Source of the DNA: Thermoproteota archaeon
GTDB lineage: Archaea; Thermoproteota; Thermoprotei; Thermofilales; B9-G17
Direction of reading: 5' to 3'
DNA length: 21,257 nt
Assembly: GCA_029258885.1 (NCBI GenBank)
Contig: JAPDJW010000023.1
Span: 1-21,257, forward strand
The notes beneath the pieces were generated by a model. The model saw only the letters and a list, made by a program, of their open reading frames with translations, was not told the origin of the DNA and did no database searches. Positions 1 through 8,675 of this stretch are shown here, piece after piece; the stretch's first letter is position 1; the number at the start of each line of letters is the position of its first letter. The position numbers and the translations under genes were made by a program.

Positions 1-50
1 GCATAATATTATAAATATCCATAGGATTATATCATTTGAAAGTGAAGCAT

Positions 51-278
51 ATGCCCATAGAGTTTAGCATAAAGTACGACAGATTCGGAGACGCGCTCTA
101 TATTAAGCTCAGCGACGACGACGCAGCGGAGTCCGACGAGATCGCCCCAGGAATCATAGCTGACTTTAATGAAAAAGGCGAAGTCAAAGGCATAGAGATC
201 CTATGGTTTTCTAAGAGAAAGCTGGATTTTACGAAATTAATAATAGAAGGCCCTGAAGCTTTGGTAGCTAAGGCTTGA
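51..278 (+). CDS. DUF2283-family small protein (putative type II antitoxin partner)
   Basis: The protein reads IKYDRFGDALYIKL...SDEIAPGIIADFNEKGEVKGIEIL, matching the DUF2283 pattern (YD..D.LYI, D....G...GIEI). ATG at 51 is preferred over TTG at 36. Its stop overlaps the next gene (TTGA, 275-278). Confidence 0.85.
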   Translation: MPIEFSIKYDRFGDALYIKLSDDDAAESDEIAPGIIADFNEKGEVKGIEILWFSKRKLDFTKLIIEGPEALVAKA

Positions 279-513
279 AAATATCTTATACTCTCCACGC
301 GATTGAAAGAATGCGTAAAAGAAGATAACTAGGGAATTAGTGGAAAAATGTCTTCAGAGACCTGATAGAGACGAAGAACTCGGAGAAGCACGTAGATGTA
401 TAAAGAAGATTGACGATAAAATCCTAGTAGTTATCTATAAGCGAGAAAATGAAAAAATAGTTGTAATCACAGCATACATTTCCTCGAAAATACGTAAGTA
501 TCTAGCCGTTTAG
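275..513 (+). pseudogene. DUF4258/RelE-like toxin partner, frameshifted
   Basis: TTG at 275 gives MKISYTLHAIERMRKRR* (TAA 326-328). The -1 frame from 325 continues ITRELVEKCLQRPDRDEELGEARRCIKKIDDKILVVIYKRENEKIVVITAYISSKIRKYLAV* (TAG 511-513). HA.ERM..R and VIT(A)Y are DUF4258 hallmarks. One base is missing at about 323-325. Confidence 0.8.
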
Positions 514-822
514 CTTAAGCTGTTTCATGCATTCACAATCGACCCTACAAATATAGAGCTTAACTTAATAGCCACAGCCTAAACCATATACTTATAGGAC
601 GATGCTACGAGTATCACAATTCATATATCACCCAGATATGGAGAAATTAGTTAAATTAGATAGGAAAAATTACACTAAGGGGAGAAAAAGGCAAAACAAC
701 AGATACCGAAATTCAAAGCTCAATTTAATTAAAACCGGAATAGAACTTTAAATATACCTTAAACATTAAATCACAAAGCCCACAAGCCTCCCTCATGAAT
801 CATCAAAGCATCTAGAAAAATT

Positions 823-837
823 AGAAAACTTAAATAT
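823..837 (+). promoter_or_regulatory. Putative BRE + TATA box for a leaderless transcript of 859..1647
   Basis: AGAAAAC (823-829) is followed by TTAAATAT (830-837), starting 29 nt upstream of ATG 859. Confidence 0.5.
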
Positions 838-858
838 AATAAAGCATACCTAAAATAT

Positions 859-1647
859 ATGAGCAGAAACCTCTTGGAGACAATAAAACAGGAAATAGAA
901 AAAACGCAAGTACTAATATTCGCGGGTGGAAAAGGAAAACGCATGGGATTCATAGACAAGCCAAAAACATTAATAGAAATAAACGGAAAACCACTACTAG
1001 ACCTATGCATAGAATTCTTCAAAAACTGTGGCTACAAAAACTTCATCCTCCTCCTAGGGTACAAACACCAGCAAATAATACAATACATAGAAAACAGAAA
1101 CTACCAAGTAAACATAAAATATTCAATAGATCCACCAGTCGAAAAAGTAGGCAGAGCAAAAGCACTAAAACACGCAATAGATATAGGCATAGTGGACGAA
1201 AAAGCAAGAAGCATAACAGCCTACCCAGACGACATATTCCTAGACAAAACATTACCAATAAAACTACTACTCCACCACCTCGAAGGAGTACAAAGATACA
1301 AAACAAAAGCAACAATAGTACTAACAAAAGCAATAACATACCCCTATGGAACAGCACAAATAAACGAAAACAACCTAATAACAGAATTCATAGAAAAACC
1401 AAAAATAAAAATACCAACAGCAACAGGCCTACAAGCACTAGAACCACAAATACTACAACAAATCAAAGAAACAATAAACATACAAGAAGACAGAACAATA
1501 AACCTAGAACAAGAAATACTACCAAAACTAGCCAAACAAAAACAACTATACGCACTAACAATACCAGCAAACACATGGATACCAATAAACACGCCAAAAG
1601 AACTAGAAAAAGCAATATCTATGCTAAATTCAATACAAATTTTATAG
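859..1647 (+). CDS. Sugar-1-phosphate nucleotidyltransferase (NTP_transferase family, mannose-1-P guanylyltransferase/GCD1-like, no C-terminal left-handed beta-helix)
   Basis: Motifs are IFAGGKGKRM, KPKTL (PKPL-like), YPDD, YG...ITEFIEKP and WIPINT. Length is 262 aa. Confidence 0.85.
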   Translation: MSRNLLETIKQEIEKTQVLIFAGGKGKRMGFIDKPKTLIEINGKPLLDLCIEFFKNCGYKNFILLLGYKHQQIIQYIENRNYQVNIKYSIDPPVEKVGRAKALKHAIDIGIVDEKARSITAYPDDIFLDKTLPIKLLLHHLEGVQRYKTKATIVLTKAITYPYGTAQINENNLITEFIEKPKIKIPTATGLQALEPQILQQIKETINIQEDRTINLEQEILPKLAKQKQLYALTIPANTWIPINTPKELEKAISMLNSIQIL

Positions 1648-1720
1648 TTAAATGAAATATATAACTTATATAATTAAATGCTTTATAGGCTAATTTCAAA
1701 TTATAAATCACTAAATAAAA

Positions 1721-1900
1721 TTACACATAAGAAAATAGTTTTCTCCATAGCAGAAAGTTAACAAGCTCTATCAATACTTAAAACACCCAAAGAAAGATAT
1801 TCTTCTTTATCCCAGACTTACCATAAACACAGGGCCTAGCTTTTAATCCTCACCTCAGTAACCCTCGTACCAAGCCTTGCAGCTGAGGTGTTCTTTACAG
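1721..1900 (-). pseudogene. Probable C-terminal remnant of a DPM1-like GT2 glycosyltransferase
   Basis: The minus strand reads AARLGTRVTEVRIK / +1 frameshift at about 1841 / ARPCVYGKSGIKKNIFLWVF*VLIELVNFLLWRKLFSYV*. This resembles the A.RLG.RV.EVPI..R.YGKSK end of GT2 DPM-like enzymes. There is an internal TAA at 1778-1780 and no start codon. Confidence 0.45.
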
Positions 1901-1945
1901 CTTTATTTTAGAACATTAAATATAATGTCAGCTATAGTTCAACCT

Positions 1946-3025
1946 TTAGAGATAAATATTAGATCTTTCTCCTACAATAATTTTTAATCCTTTTGGAAAG
2001 CCTTTTCTCTTAGTAAGTGATGCATGGGATCCAATAATAGAGCTTACGATTCTATATTCTATATCCTTTACTGTTACAAAATCCATAAGTACACTATCCT
2101 CTATCTCAACATTTTCTATCTCACAATAGTTCCCTATACTAGTATAGGGACCAATATACGTATCATCACCTATTATAGTATTTCTGCCGATGTACGCAGG
2201 ACCCCTAATTACAGATCCTGATTTCACTAAAGCATTTTCATCGATAACAACCCTACCATCAACTACAGCACCATCCTCCACACTCCCTTTTATAATCCTC
2301 GAAATTTTACCATCCAACAGTATTCTGTTAGCCTCCAAAATATCATCAGGAGTGCCCGTATCCTTCCACCAGCCAGTTATAAAGTCATATTCTACCTTAA
2401 GTTTCCAGTCTAAGAGTTTCTGTATAGCCTCAGTAATTTCAAGCTCCCTTCTCCAGCTTGGGCGAAGCTCCTCTATAGCCTCAAAAATATACGGAGGCCT
2501 AAAGAAGTAAATCCCAACTAAAGCATAAGGACTAGGCGGAGTTTTTGGTTTCTCTATAAGCCCCACCAGCTTACCTTTCTCATCAAACTTTGCTACTCCA
2601 AATCTACGAGGATCACGGACTTTAACCAATAATATCTGAGCTACAGCATCACTTTTCTCAAACTTTTCAACAAACTTTTTAATTCCTTCGAAGAGAATAT
2701 TATCCCCAAGATAGACAACGAATGGTTCATCTTCAATAAAATCTTTCACACAGTAAATAGCATGTGCTATACCGAATGGATAGCCTTGATAAATGTATGT
2801 TATGTCTAAGCCAAGCCAGCTTCCATCTCCGTAGTACTCAACAACCCTCTGAGGAGCAATATCACCTAAAACTATAGCCACGTTATTAATACCAGCAGAC
2901 CTTAAATCCTCTAAACACCATTGACTAATAGGTTTTCCAGCAACCTTTATCAACTGCTTAGGACCAGTATGGGTTAATGGTCTCAACCTAGTGCCATGGC
3001 CACCATGCAAAAGAACACCTTTCAT
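1946..3025 (-). CDS. rmlA: Glucose-1-phosphate thymidylyltransferase, long form with C-terminal hexapeptide repeats
   Basis: Motifs are LHGGHGTRLRPLTHTGPKQL, YLGDN, RFGVA, LIEKP, ELEITEAIQ and WWKDTGTPDDILEAN, followed by VI.GPAYIG-type beta-helix repeats. A GGTG SD lies upstream. Confidence 0.93.
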   Translation of the reverse strand: MKGVLLHGGHGTRLRPLTHTGPKQLIKVAGKPISQWCLEDLRSAGINNVAIVLGDIAPQRVVEYYGDGSWLGLDITYIYQGYPFGIAHAIYCVKDFIEDEPFVVYLGDNILFEGIKKFVEKFEKSDAVAQILLVKVRDPRRFGVAKFDEKGKLVGLIEKPKTPPSPYALVGIYFFRPPYIFEAIEELRPSWRRELEITEAIQKLLDWKLKVEYDFITGWWKDTGTPDDILEANRILLDGKISRIIKGSVEDGAVVDGRVVIDENALVKSGSVIRGPAYIGRNTIIGDDTYIGPYTSIGNYCEIENVEIEDSVLMDFVTVKDIEYRIVSSIIGSHASLTKRKGFPKGLKIIVGERSNIYL

Positions 3026-3027
3026 AA

Positions 3028-3927
3028 TTAAACACCTATTAATCTCTCGTACTCTTCCCTAAGAATACTCATAGCTCTCTCGGTGGAGTAAAAGTCACTT
3101 AAAACCTTTTTCTTTGTTTCCTCAAACTTAAGACTTGAATCACGAGGCCTTTTCGCATACCAGTTAAAATCATTTATACTAGCCTCCTTTATCAATGACT
3201 TATCAAATCCCAGCGTTTCTGCAACCTTAACCGCAAATTCATATCTACTCATACGCATACCAGCAATATGAAAGATTCCGTTCTTAAAATTCTCGCCAAT
3301 ATCAAGCAGTGCCTCAGCAAGTAATGTTCCATGAGTAGGAGAAGTATACTGATCAATAAGAGCCTTAACAGTTTCATTATTACCTAGTTTCTCTATAAGA
3401 AACTTAGCAAAATTCTTCCTTCCTGGTCCAAGACCATATATTGAACTAGTTCTAACAATAGCATAGCGAGAACACCTAGACATCACAGCTACTTCTCCCA
3501 TCAATTTAGTTAAACCGTAATAATTAACTGGATATGGCGTATCGTATTCAGAGTAAAAACCCCTATTGCCATCGAAAACATAGTCGGTGGATAGATATAC
3601 AAAGAATGCATTAACTAACTCAGCCATAGCAGCAAGAGATCTAGTAGCTAAAACATTAGTCTTCCATGCTTTCTCCTTATTTCTTTCGCATCCATCCACA
3701 TCACCATAAGCGGCTAAATGATAGATAACATCAGGCCTTTCCTTTATTATAAGATCCTGAAACTTAACATCATTAGTAATATCAAGCCTAATTTTACGTA
3801 ACAATCTATGTTTTAGTGGAATAGGATTAGAATAATGTATACCAATTACTTCATATTGTCGTTCTAGTAGTTTAATTAATAATTTATATCCGGGCTGGCT
3901 ACTAGCACCAGTAACTAAAATTTTCAT
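3028..3927 (-). CDS. rmlD: dTDP-4-dehydrorhamnose reductase family
   Basis: Motifs are HLAAYGDVDGCE, YLSTDYVFDG, PVNYYGLTK (YxxxK), DQYTSPT, SRYEFA and RPRDSSL. The Gly-rich loop is the variant GASSQPG. A GGTG SD lies upstream. Confidence 0.9.
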   Translation of the reverse strand: MKILVTGASSQPGYKLLIKLLERQYEVIGIHYSNPIPLKHRLLRKIRLDITNDVKFQDLIIKERPDVIYHLAAYGDVDGCERNKEKAWKTNVLATRSLAAMAELVNAFFVYLSTDYVFDGNRGFYSEYDTPYPVNYYGLTKLMGEVAVMSRCSRYAIVRTSSIYGLGPGRKNFAKFLIEKLGNNETVKALIDQYTSPTHGTLLAEALLDIGENFKNGIFHIAGMRMSRYEFAVKVAETLGFDKSLIKEASINDFNWYAKRPRDSSLKFEETKKKVLSDFYSTERAMSILREEYERLIGV

Positions 3928-3938
3928 AACGGTAACAC

Positions 3939-4487
3939 CTACTTATGGGGTGGATAAAACCAATCCCAAGGCTTACCGCATCTAGGATCATCCCTCTTGC
4001 CATTTATACATATAGGCACTACAGTGGGGTCGTTCCACGGCCTTCTAACCTCATCCGGTTTCTTATAGTCGTAAAGCCTATTAACAAAATATATTAGATA
4101 GGCAGGCTCAACACCGACAGCCTTAATACCATGCCAATAATGACCTGGAACCCTCAATAATTGAAGTCTATTCTCAGATAAAACAACCTCTACCAAATAT
4201 CCCTTAGTAGGAGAATCCTCTCTATCATCGTATGCACAAACCTTCAGTGAACCCTTAACCACTAAAAAGTAGTCAACCTGACCACGTTCATGCTTATGCC
4301 ATGCACGCACAATACCAGGATACGTTATAGAAAGATTCGCCTGAACAATTACATCATCACCAAGAAGCTCTTTCCAATCACTCCGCATAACCTCAGTAAA
4401 TATACCCCTCTCATCAGGAAAACGCATAAGATCCACTAGCTTCATACCTGGAAGAGCCAGCTCCCTAACTTGACCCAACAGAGGCAT
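3939..4487 (-). CDS. rmlC: dTDP-4-dehydrorhamnose 3,5-epimerase family (cupin)
   Basis: Motifs are DERGIFTE, Q.N.S...PGIVRAWHKH, D and VP..YWHG. It is co-operonic with rmlD and rmlA. Confidence 0.88.
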   Translation of the reverse strand: MPLLGQVRELALPGMKLVDLMRFPDERGIFTEVMRSDWKELLGDDVIVQANLSITYPGIVRAWHKHERGQVDYFLVVKGSLKVCAYDDREDSPTKGYLVEVVLSENRLQLLRVPGHYWHGIKAVGVEPAYLIYFVNRLYDYKKPDEVRRPWNDPTVVPICINGKRDDPRCGKPWDWFYPPHK

Positions 4488-4510
4488 AAATCTAATAAAA
4501 CTTTAGTAAA

Positions 4511-4525
4511 TTATAAATTTATCCT
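4511..4525 (-). promoter_or_regulatory. Putative TATA/BRE for a leaderless rmlC-rmlD-rmlA operon
   Basis: The minus strand reads GGATAAA-TTTATAA; the TATA occupies 4517-4511, 24-30 nt upstream of ATG 4487. Confidence 0.45.
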
Positions 4526-4542
4526 TCCAAAAATTCATAAAG

Positions 4543-5562
4543 CTATAATATTGTATCTCGCATTTCAACTTCCTTCGTCAACTTATATGCCTCCAGAAGA
4601 TGCTTATACCATTTAACAGTATAGGTCTTCAAGCTATCAGTAACAGTTCCCTCCGACAATGCATTATATATTTCTCTAGCTGCTTGTGCTGGGGTGAATT
4701 TCGTGTTAAAGCCAAGTCTTTCCTTCATTTTCGTAAAATCAACACGATAGGAGCGTTTATCAGGATCACCATACCACTCAATCTCGTAAGGCTCACCAAT
4801 AGCATCACCTATCAATTTAGCTAATTGATAAATCTGATAATTTTGCTCATTAGAACCAACATTAAACACCTGACCATTCACAACCTCAGGATCAGCCTCC
4901 AAAACCATCATAACAGCCCTAGCAATATCCCTAATATGCACAACAGGACGCCACTGAGTACCATCACGCATAACCCTAATCTTCTTATACTTATACAGAG
5001 ATAAAGTCATACCATTAACAACAAGATCAAACCTCATCCTAGGAGACAAACCATAAGCAGTAGCAAACCTCAACGCCGTAACAGTAAAATCCCTGCTCGC
5101 CATAGGCAAAATATCCCTCTCCGCCAAAACCGCAGACTTAGCATAAGTAGTCAAAGGATTAAGAGGAGAATCTTCATTCAATAACCCTGGCTGAAAACCG
5201 TAAACACTACAAGTAGACGCCAACACATATCGCCTAACACCATACTCACGAGATAACCTAGCCACACGCACCCTACCCAAATAATTAATATCATAAGTCT
5301 TAGCAGGATCAAGCTCACCACTAGGATCATTAGACAAAGCAGCTAAATCAACAACAGCATCAACACCCCTCAAAATGCTGGGGTCAAACCACCGAATATC
5401 ATCCTTAATTAACTTAAATCTTGATTCTCCAAGGAGATCACGAATTGAATCAACACCGAAAAATAACCTATCTAAACAGACTACATCATATCCACGACTA
5501 AGCATTTCACGAACCATCACAGAACCTATATAACCAGCACCACCAGTAACAACTACTTTCAT
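4543..5562 (-). CDS. NAD-dependent epimerase/dehydratase (extended SDR) with an atypical active site
   Basis: Motifs are TGGAGYIGS, DLAALSNDPSG, STCSVYG, LRFATAYGLSPRMRFDLVVN, WRP.VHI.D and FNVGS. The YxxxK position reads YAKSA. A GGTGA SD is at 5567-5571. Confidence 0.88.
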   Translation of the reverse strand: MKVVVTGGAGYIGSVMVREMLSRGYDVVCLDRLFFGVDSIRDLLGESRFKLIKDDIRWFDPSILRGVDAVVDLAALSNDPSGELDPAKTYDINYLGRVRVARLSREYGVRRYVLASTCSVYGFQPGLLNEDSPLNPLTTYAKSAVLAERDILPMASRDFTVTALRFATAYGLSPRMRFDLVVNGMTLSLYKYKKIRVMRDGTQWRPVVHIRDIARAVMMVLEADPEVVNGQVFNVGSNEQNYQIYQLAKLIGDAIGEPYEIEWYGDPDKRSYRVDFTKMKERLGFNTKFTPAQAAREIYNALSEGTVTDSLKTYTVKWYKHLLEAYKLTKEVEMRDTIL

Positions 5563-5765
5563 GTTTTCACCATAGGGATAAATAACTGAACCTATAAATA
5601 AATTATTTTACTTTAAACAAGAAAATAAGGAAATTATTAAAGATAGATAGTCTTGCAAGAGCAGTGGTGAGATAGAGAATACTGATGTTATCAAGGAGCT
5701 AATTGATAGCTAATATATGAAATAGTAAGATATTTAAATGAAATTGAGATATTAGGACCGAATAG

Positions 5766-6015
5766 TCAGCTAAGACGCTTTTTCAAGTTAACAGCAAGCC
5801 ATTCACTATTACCATAAAAATCAACAACACAACGGAGAGAACTCACTTAAAACAACAGCAACATCCCTAACACCAGAATCACGCAAATCCTCCAAACACC
5901 ACTGACTAACAGGCCTACCAGCAACACGAACCAACTGCTTAGGACCAGTATGAGTCAAAGGACGCAAACGCGTACCAAAACCACCATGAAGTAAAATGCC
6001 TTTCATAAACACCAT
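5766..6015 (-). pseudogene. Truncated, frameshifted second copy of glucose-1-P thymidylyltransferase (rmlA-like N-terminus)
   Basis: MKGILLHGGFGTRLRPLTHTGPKQLVRVAGRPVSQWCLEDLR closely matches 1946..3025. After a frameshift near 5830 it reads VVDFYGNSEWLAVNL (intact copy: VVEYYGDGSWLGLDI), then similarity is lost and it stops at 5766-5768. The likely start is ATG 6006. Confidence 0.88.
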
Positions 6016-6214
6016 TTTATATTGTATAGATCCAAGATAATAAATTTCTTATGCTTAGTGCTATCTGATTGGGCATAGTATATTTAATTGATAGCTGTTT
6101 TTAAGCGATTTTCATTGTTTACTAGCGAACTTTCTTTAAAGATGTAATAAGCATAAAGCATAACTGGATCTCCTCAATTGAGTTAGCCTATGATTTTCTG
6201 TAATTAGTAATCTT

Positions 6215-7624
6215 TTAATATTTATATTTCATTAAATAAAGTTTAAATCTAAGTATATGTTTAGTAATTTTTTGTTTTAAATATTTATAGACTAACTTTC
6301 GCTCATGTATTAAATTTCTTTCTTCTAGTGGATCCTCAATAATATCATAAAGCTCTTCCAAATCTCCATGAACTCTTCCACAATACCTACATACTGCGTT
6401 TGTTTTATCTATTGATGTTATATACTTATAGTTATTATATAAAATCGCTATTTTTTTCTCAGTATAAGTTTCAAAGGCTACAATAGTTTGCTTTGAATCT
6501 TTTATAAAAAGATTGTAGCCATCCATTCTTAGATGATCATACTTTATATCAAGTAATGAAAGTAAAGTTGGAGCTATATCGGCGAGAGTTACACGATTTT
6601 TAATTTTTTCAGAAAGAAAATGCTCATCAAAATAAAATATTAATGGTACATGTAAACTACAATTATATAGACCATGATGATCAAAATAAATATTATGTTC
6701 ACCCAAAGATTCTCCGTGATCGGCTGTGAAAATTATTAGTATTTTATCTAAAATATCTGATTTTTGTAAAAACTTTAATAATTTTTCTAATTCAGCATCT
6801 AATGCTAGAATCGAGGCATAATATGATAGAATTACATCAGAAACATTATTATATTTAAGTAAATTAAACCACATTTTAAAGTAGTTTCTTAATTTTGTAT
6901 GACTAATATTATATAGCATATCATCCACAGGTAAGTCATTCTTAATATGGTTTTTAATTATTATATTTCGAAATCTGTCAATTTTCTTTATAAGGGATTC
7001 ATCTGAAAAATAGGGTATATGTGTGCTCCAGTAATGTGCAAAAATAAAGAAATTCTTGTTATGTGAAATACTATATTTTATGTTATTGATTATTCTTTTC
7101 GTTATGTAATCTGGGGCATTATAATAAATAATTGGTTTTTTAAACTGTAAAAATTTTAAGAATTGATTATAGTATATTCTAAAATAATGTTTTCTATAGT
7201 TGCTTAGCAAAAGTTGATTAATAATTAATTTAAAATAGGGCGAAGCGAAATTTTCATACTTTAAAAAACCTCTTCTATGCCATCTACCTAAAATATCGAT
7301 AGCCACGGTAAACCATTTCTTATTTTGGAGAATTAAAGGCAAAGATATAATTTTTCTTGCACGTCTTTGTTCTTTAAGACTAACTTTCTCTCCATGATTT
7401 ATTATACCATGGCTGAAGGGATGTAGCCCTGTCATAATGGTTGTAACTGAGGAATCAGTTGCATTAGTTAAAGAAAATGCATTTTCAAATACAATTCCAT
7501 TCTTAAAGAGTGTCCTGAATGTAGGAACTACATTTAAATTTAGTAGCTTAATTAAACTATCCATTCTTAATGCATCAGCTACTATTATTATAATTCCCTT
7601 TATTTTATTGATTTTATAGGTCAT
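6215..7624 (-). CDS. Sulfatase-like / alkaline phosphatase superfamily metalloenzyme (no formylglycine motif)
   Basis: Motifs are IIIIVADALRMD, FENAFS..NATDSSVTTIMTG..P..HG, HYWSTHIPY, Y...I...D, TADHGESLGEH..FDHHGLY..SLHVPLI, R.DG and ELYD..EDP.E..NL. ATG 7624, just after the GT2 stop, is preferred over 7666. Confidence 0.85.
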   Translation of the reverse strand: MTYKINKIKGIIIIVADALRMDSLIKLLNLNVVPTFRTLFKNGIVFENAFSLTNATDSSVTTIMTGLHPFSHGIINHGEKVSLKEQRRARKIISLPLILQNKKWFTVAIDILGRWHRRGFLKYENFASPYFKLIINQLLLSNYRKHYFRIYYNQFLKFLQFKKPIIYYNAPDYITKRIINNIKYSISHNKNFFIFAHYWSTHIPYFSDESLIKKIDRFRNIIIKNHIKNDLPVDDMLYNISHTKLRNYFKMWFNLLKYNNVSDVILSYYASILALDAELEKLLKFLQKSDILDKILIIFTADHGESLGEHNIYFDHHGLYNCSLHVPLIFYFDEHFLSEKIKNRVTLADIAPTLLSLLDIKYDHLRMDGYNLFIKDSKQTIVAFETYTEKKIAILYNNYKYITSIDKTNAVCRYCGRVHGDLEELYDIIEDPLEERNLIHERKLVYKYLKQKITKHILRFKLYLMKYKY

Positions 7625-7625
7625 T

Positions 7626-8675
7626 TTAAGTAAAATCTTTTTCAGATATATATTTTCTAATGGCAAATATCATTATTTCAATAGGTTTTCTAGTCATATA
7701 ATGATTTAAGATTTTCTTATCACAGATTTTTCTAGAGTTTTGAACTTTGTATCTATATCTTATGGTGTTTTTTAGATTGATAATATTCCATTTAAAGGCT
7801 TTTAAAGTTATAATTATAAATTCAGCTTTCTTAGTAACAATGCTTGAATAAAATCCTCTCATCATAATTAGTAAAATAGTTATTAAAACTTTAAATAAAT
7901 TCGATAGGCAATAATTTTTAATCAATATACGTATTCTATTTCTTGTCATAAAATAATATTTTATAAGGTTTAAAGAATGTCCGTATTCGATTTTCTCCTT
8001 TAAATGATAATATTTTGTATTCTCTGTATAACCTATTTGGAAACCTAGTAAACGTGCTCGCCATGCCAAATCTACATCATCATGATACATAAAAAGCCAG
8101 GGATCAAAACCTTCTAGCTTTATAAATACGTCTCTTCTAATCATAATGGCTGCTCCAGATACGTAGAAAAAATTAACATTAAGTGATAATTTTTTCGCTA
8201 TTTTTTCGCCTATTATAGATCCATATGCATCTAGGTATATTTTAGAGGACCCTTCAAGATTCAGGTAAGGATACACTACTTTAGAAGAAGCTATAGCTAT
8301 ATTTGGATTACGTTCCATATAGTTTATTAGCTCAGTGATAAAATTATTTTCTAAGTAAGTATCAGGATTTAAAACCAGCAAATATTTTGAATTTTTATTA
8401 GTATAATTAAAACCTATATTATTACCCAAACAATAACCTAAATTCTTCAATTTAATATATTTAAATTTTATATAAAAATTAAATTCATATATCAATTTAT
8501 TCAAGTATCTTAAGTGTATACCCTGGGAGTTATCTACAAATACTACTTCCATTTTTTTATGGTTATAATCCTGAGATGCAAGAGATTTTAATAATTTTGG
8601 TAAATATTTCTCACTGTTATATAGAACAATTATTATACTAACATGAGGTTCATTAGTGGTCATGGTTTGTATCAC
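7626..8675 (-). CDS. GT2 family glycosyltransferase (WbbL/rhamnosyltransferase-like group)
   Basis: Motifs are IIIVLYNS, VDN, NLGY..GNN, LNPDT, GAAIMIRR and FDP..FMYHDDVDLAWRARLLG. Confidence 0.9.
   Translation of the reverse strand: MIQTMTTNEPHVSIIIVLYNSEKYLPKLLKSLASQDYNHKKMEVVFVDNSQGIHLRYLNKLIYEFNFYIKFKYIKLKNLGYCLGNNIGFNYTNKNSKYLLVLNPDTYLENNFITELINYMERNPNIAIASSKVVYPYLNLEGSSKIYLDAYGSIIGEKIAKKLSLNVNFFYVSGAAIMIRRDVFIKLEGFDPWLFMYHDDVDLAWRARLLGFQIGYTENTKYYHLKEKIEYGHSLNLIKYYFMTRNRIRILIKNYCLSNLFKVLITILLIMMRGFYSSIVTKKAEFIIITLKAFKWNIINLKNTIRYRYKVQNSRKICDKKILNHYMTRKPIEIMIFAIRKYISEKDFT

Noticed and set aside
638-730. MEKLVKLD / GKITL across a frameshift, faintly AbrB/MazE-like
   Set aside because: The match is too short, and the downstream sequence does not continue the AbrB pattern.
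1005-1655. 216-aa alternative-frame ORF, plus antisense ORFs 771..1022, 1043..1357 and 1344..1592, overlapping the nucleotidyltransferase
   Set aside because: The coding strand is extremely T-poor, so other frames lack stops. The translations are low-complexity (T/N/K/R-rich or L-rich) with no motifs.
5620-5712. Plus-strand LLKIDSLA / SGEIENTDVIKELIDS, faintly CopG/RHH-like
   Set aside because: It needs a frameshift, has no start codon and no beta-strand N-terminus, so it cannot be distinguished from chance.
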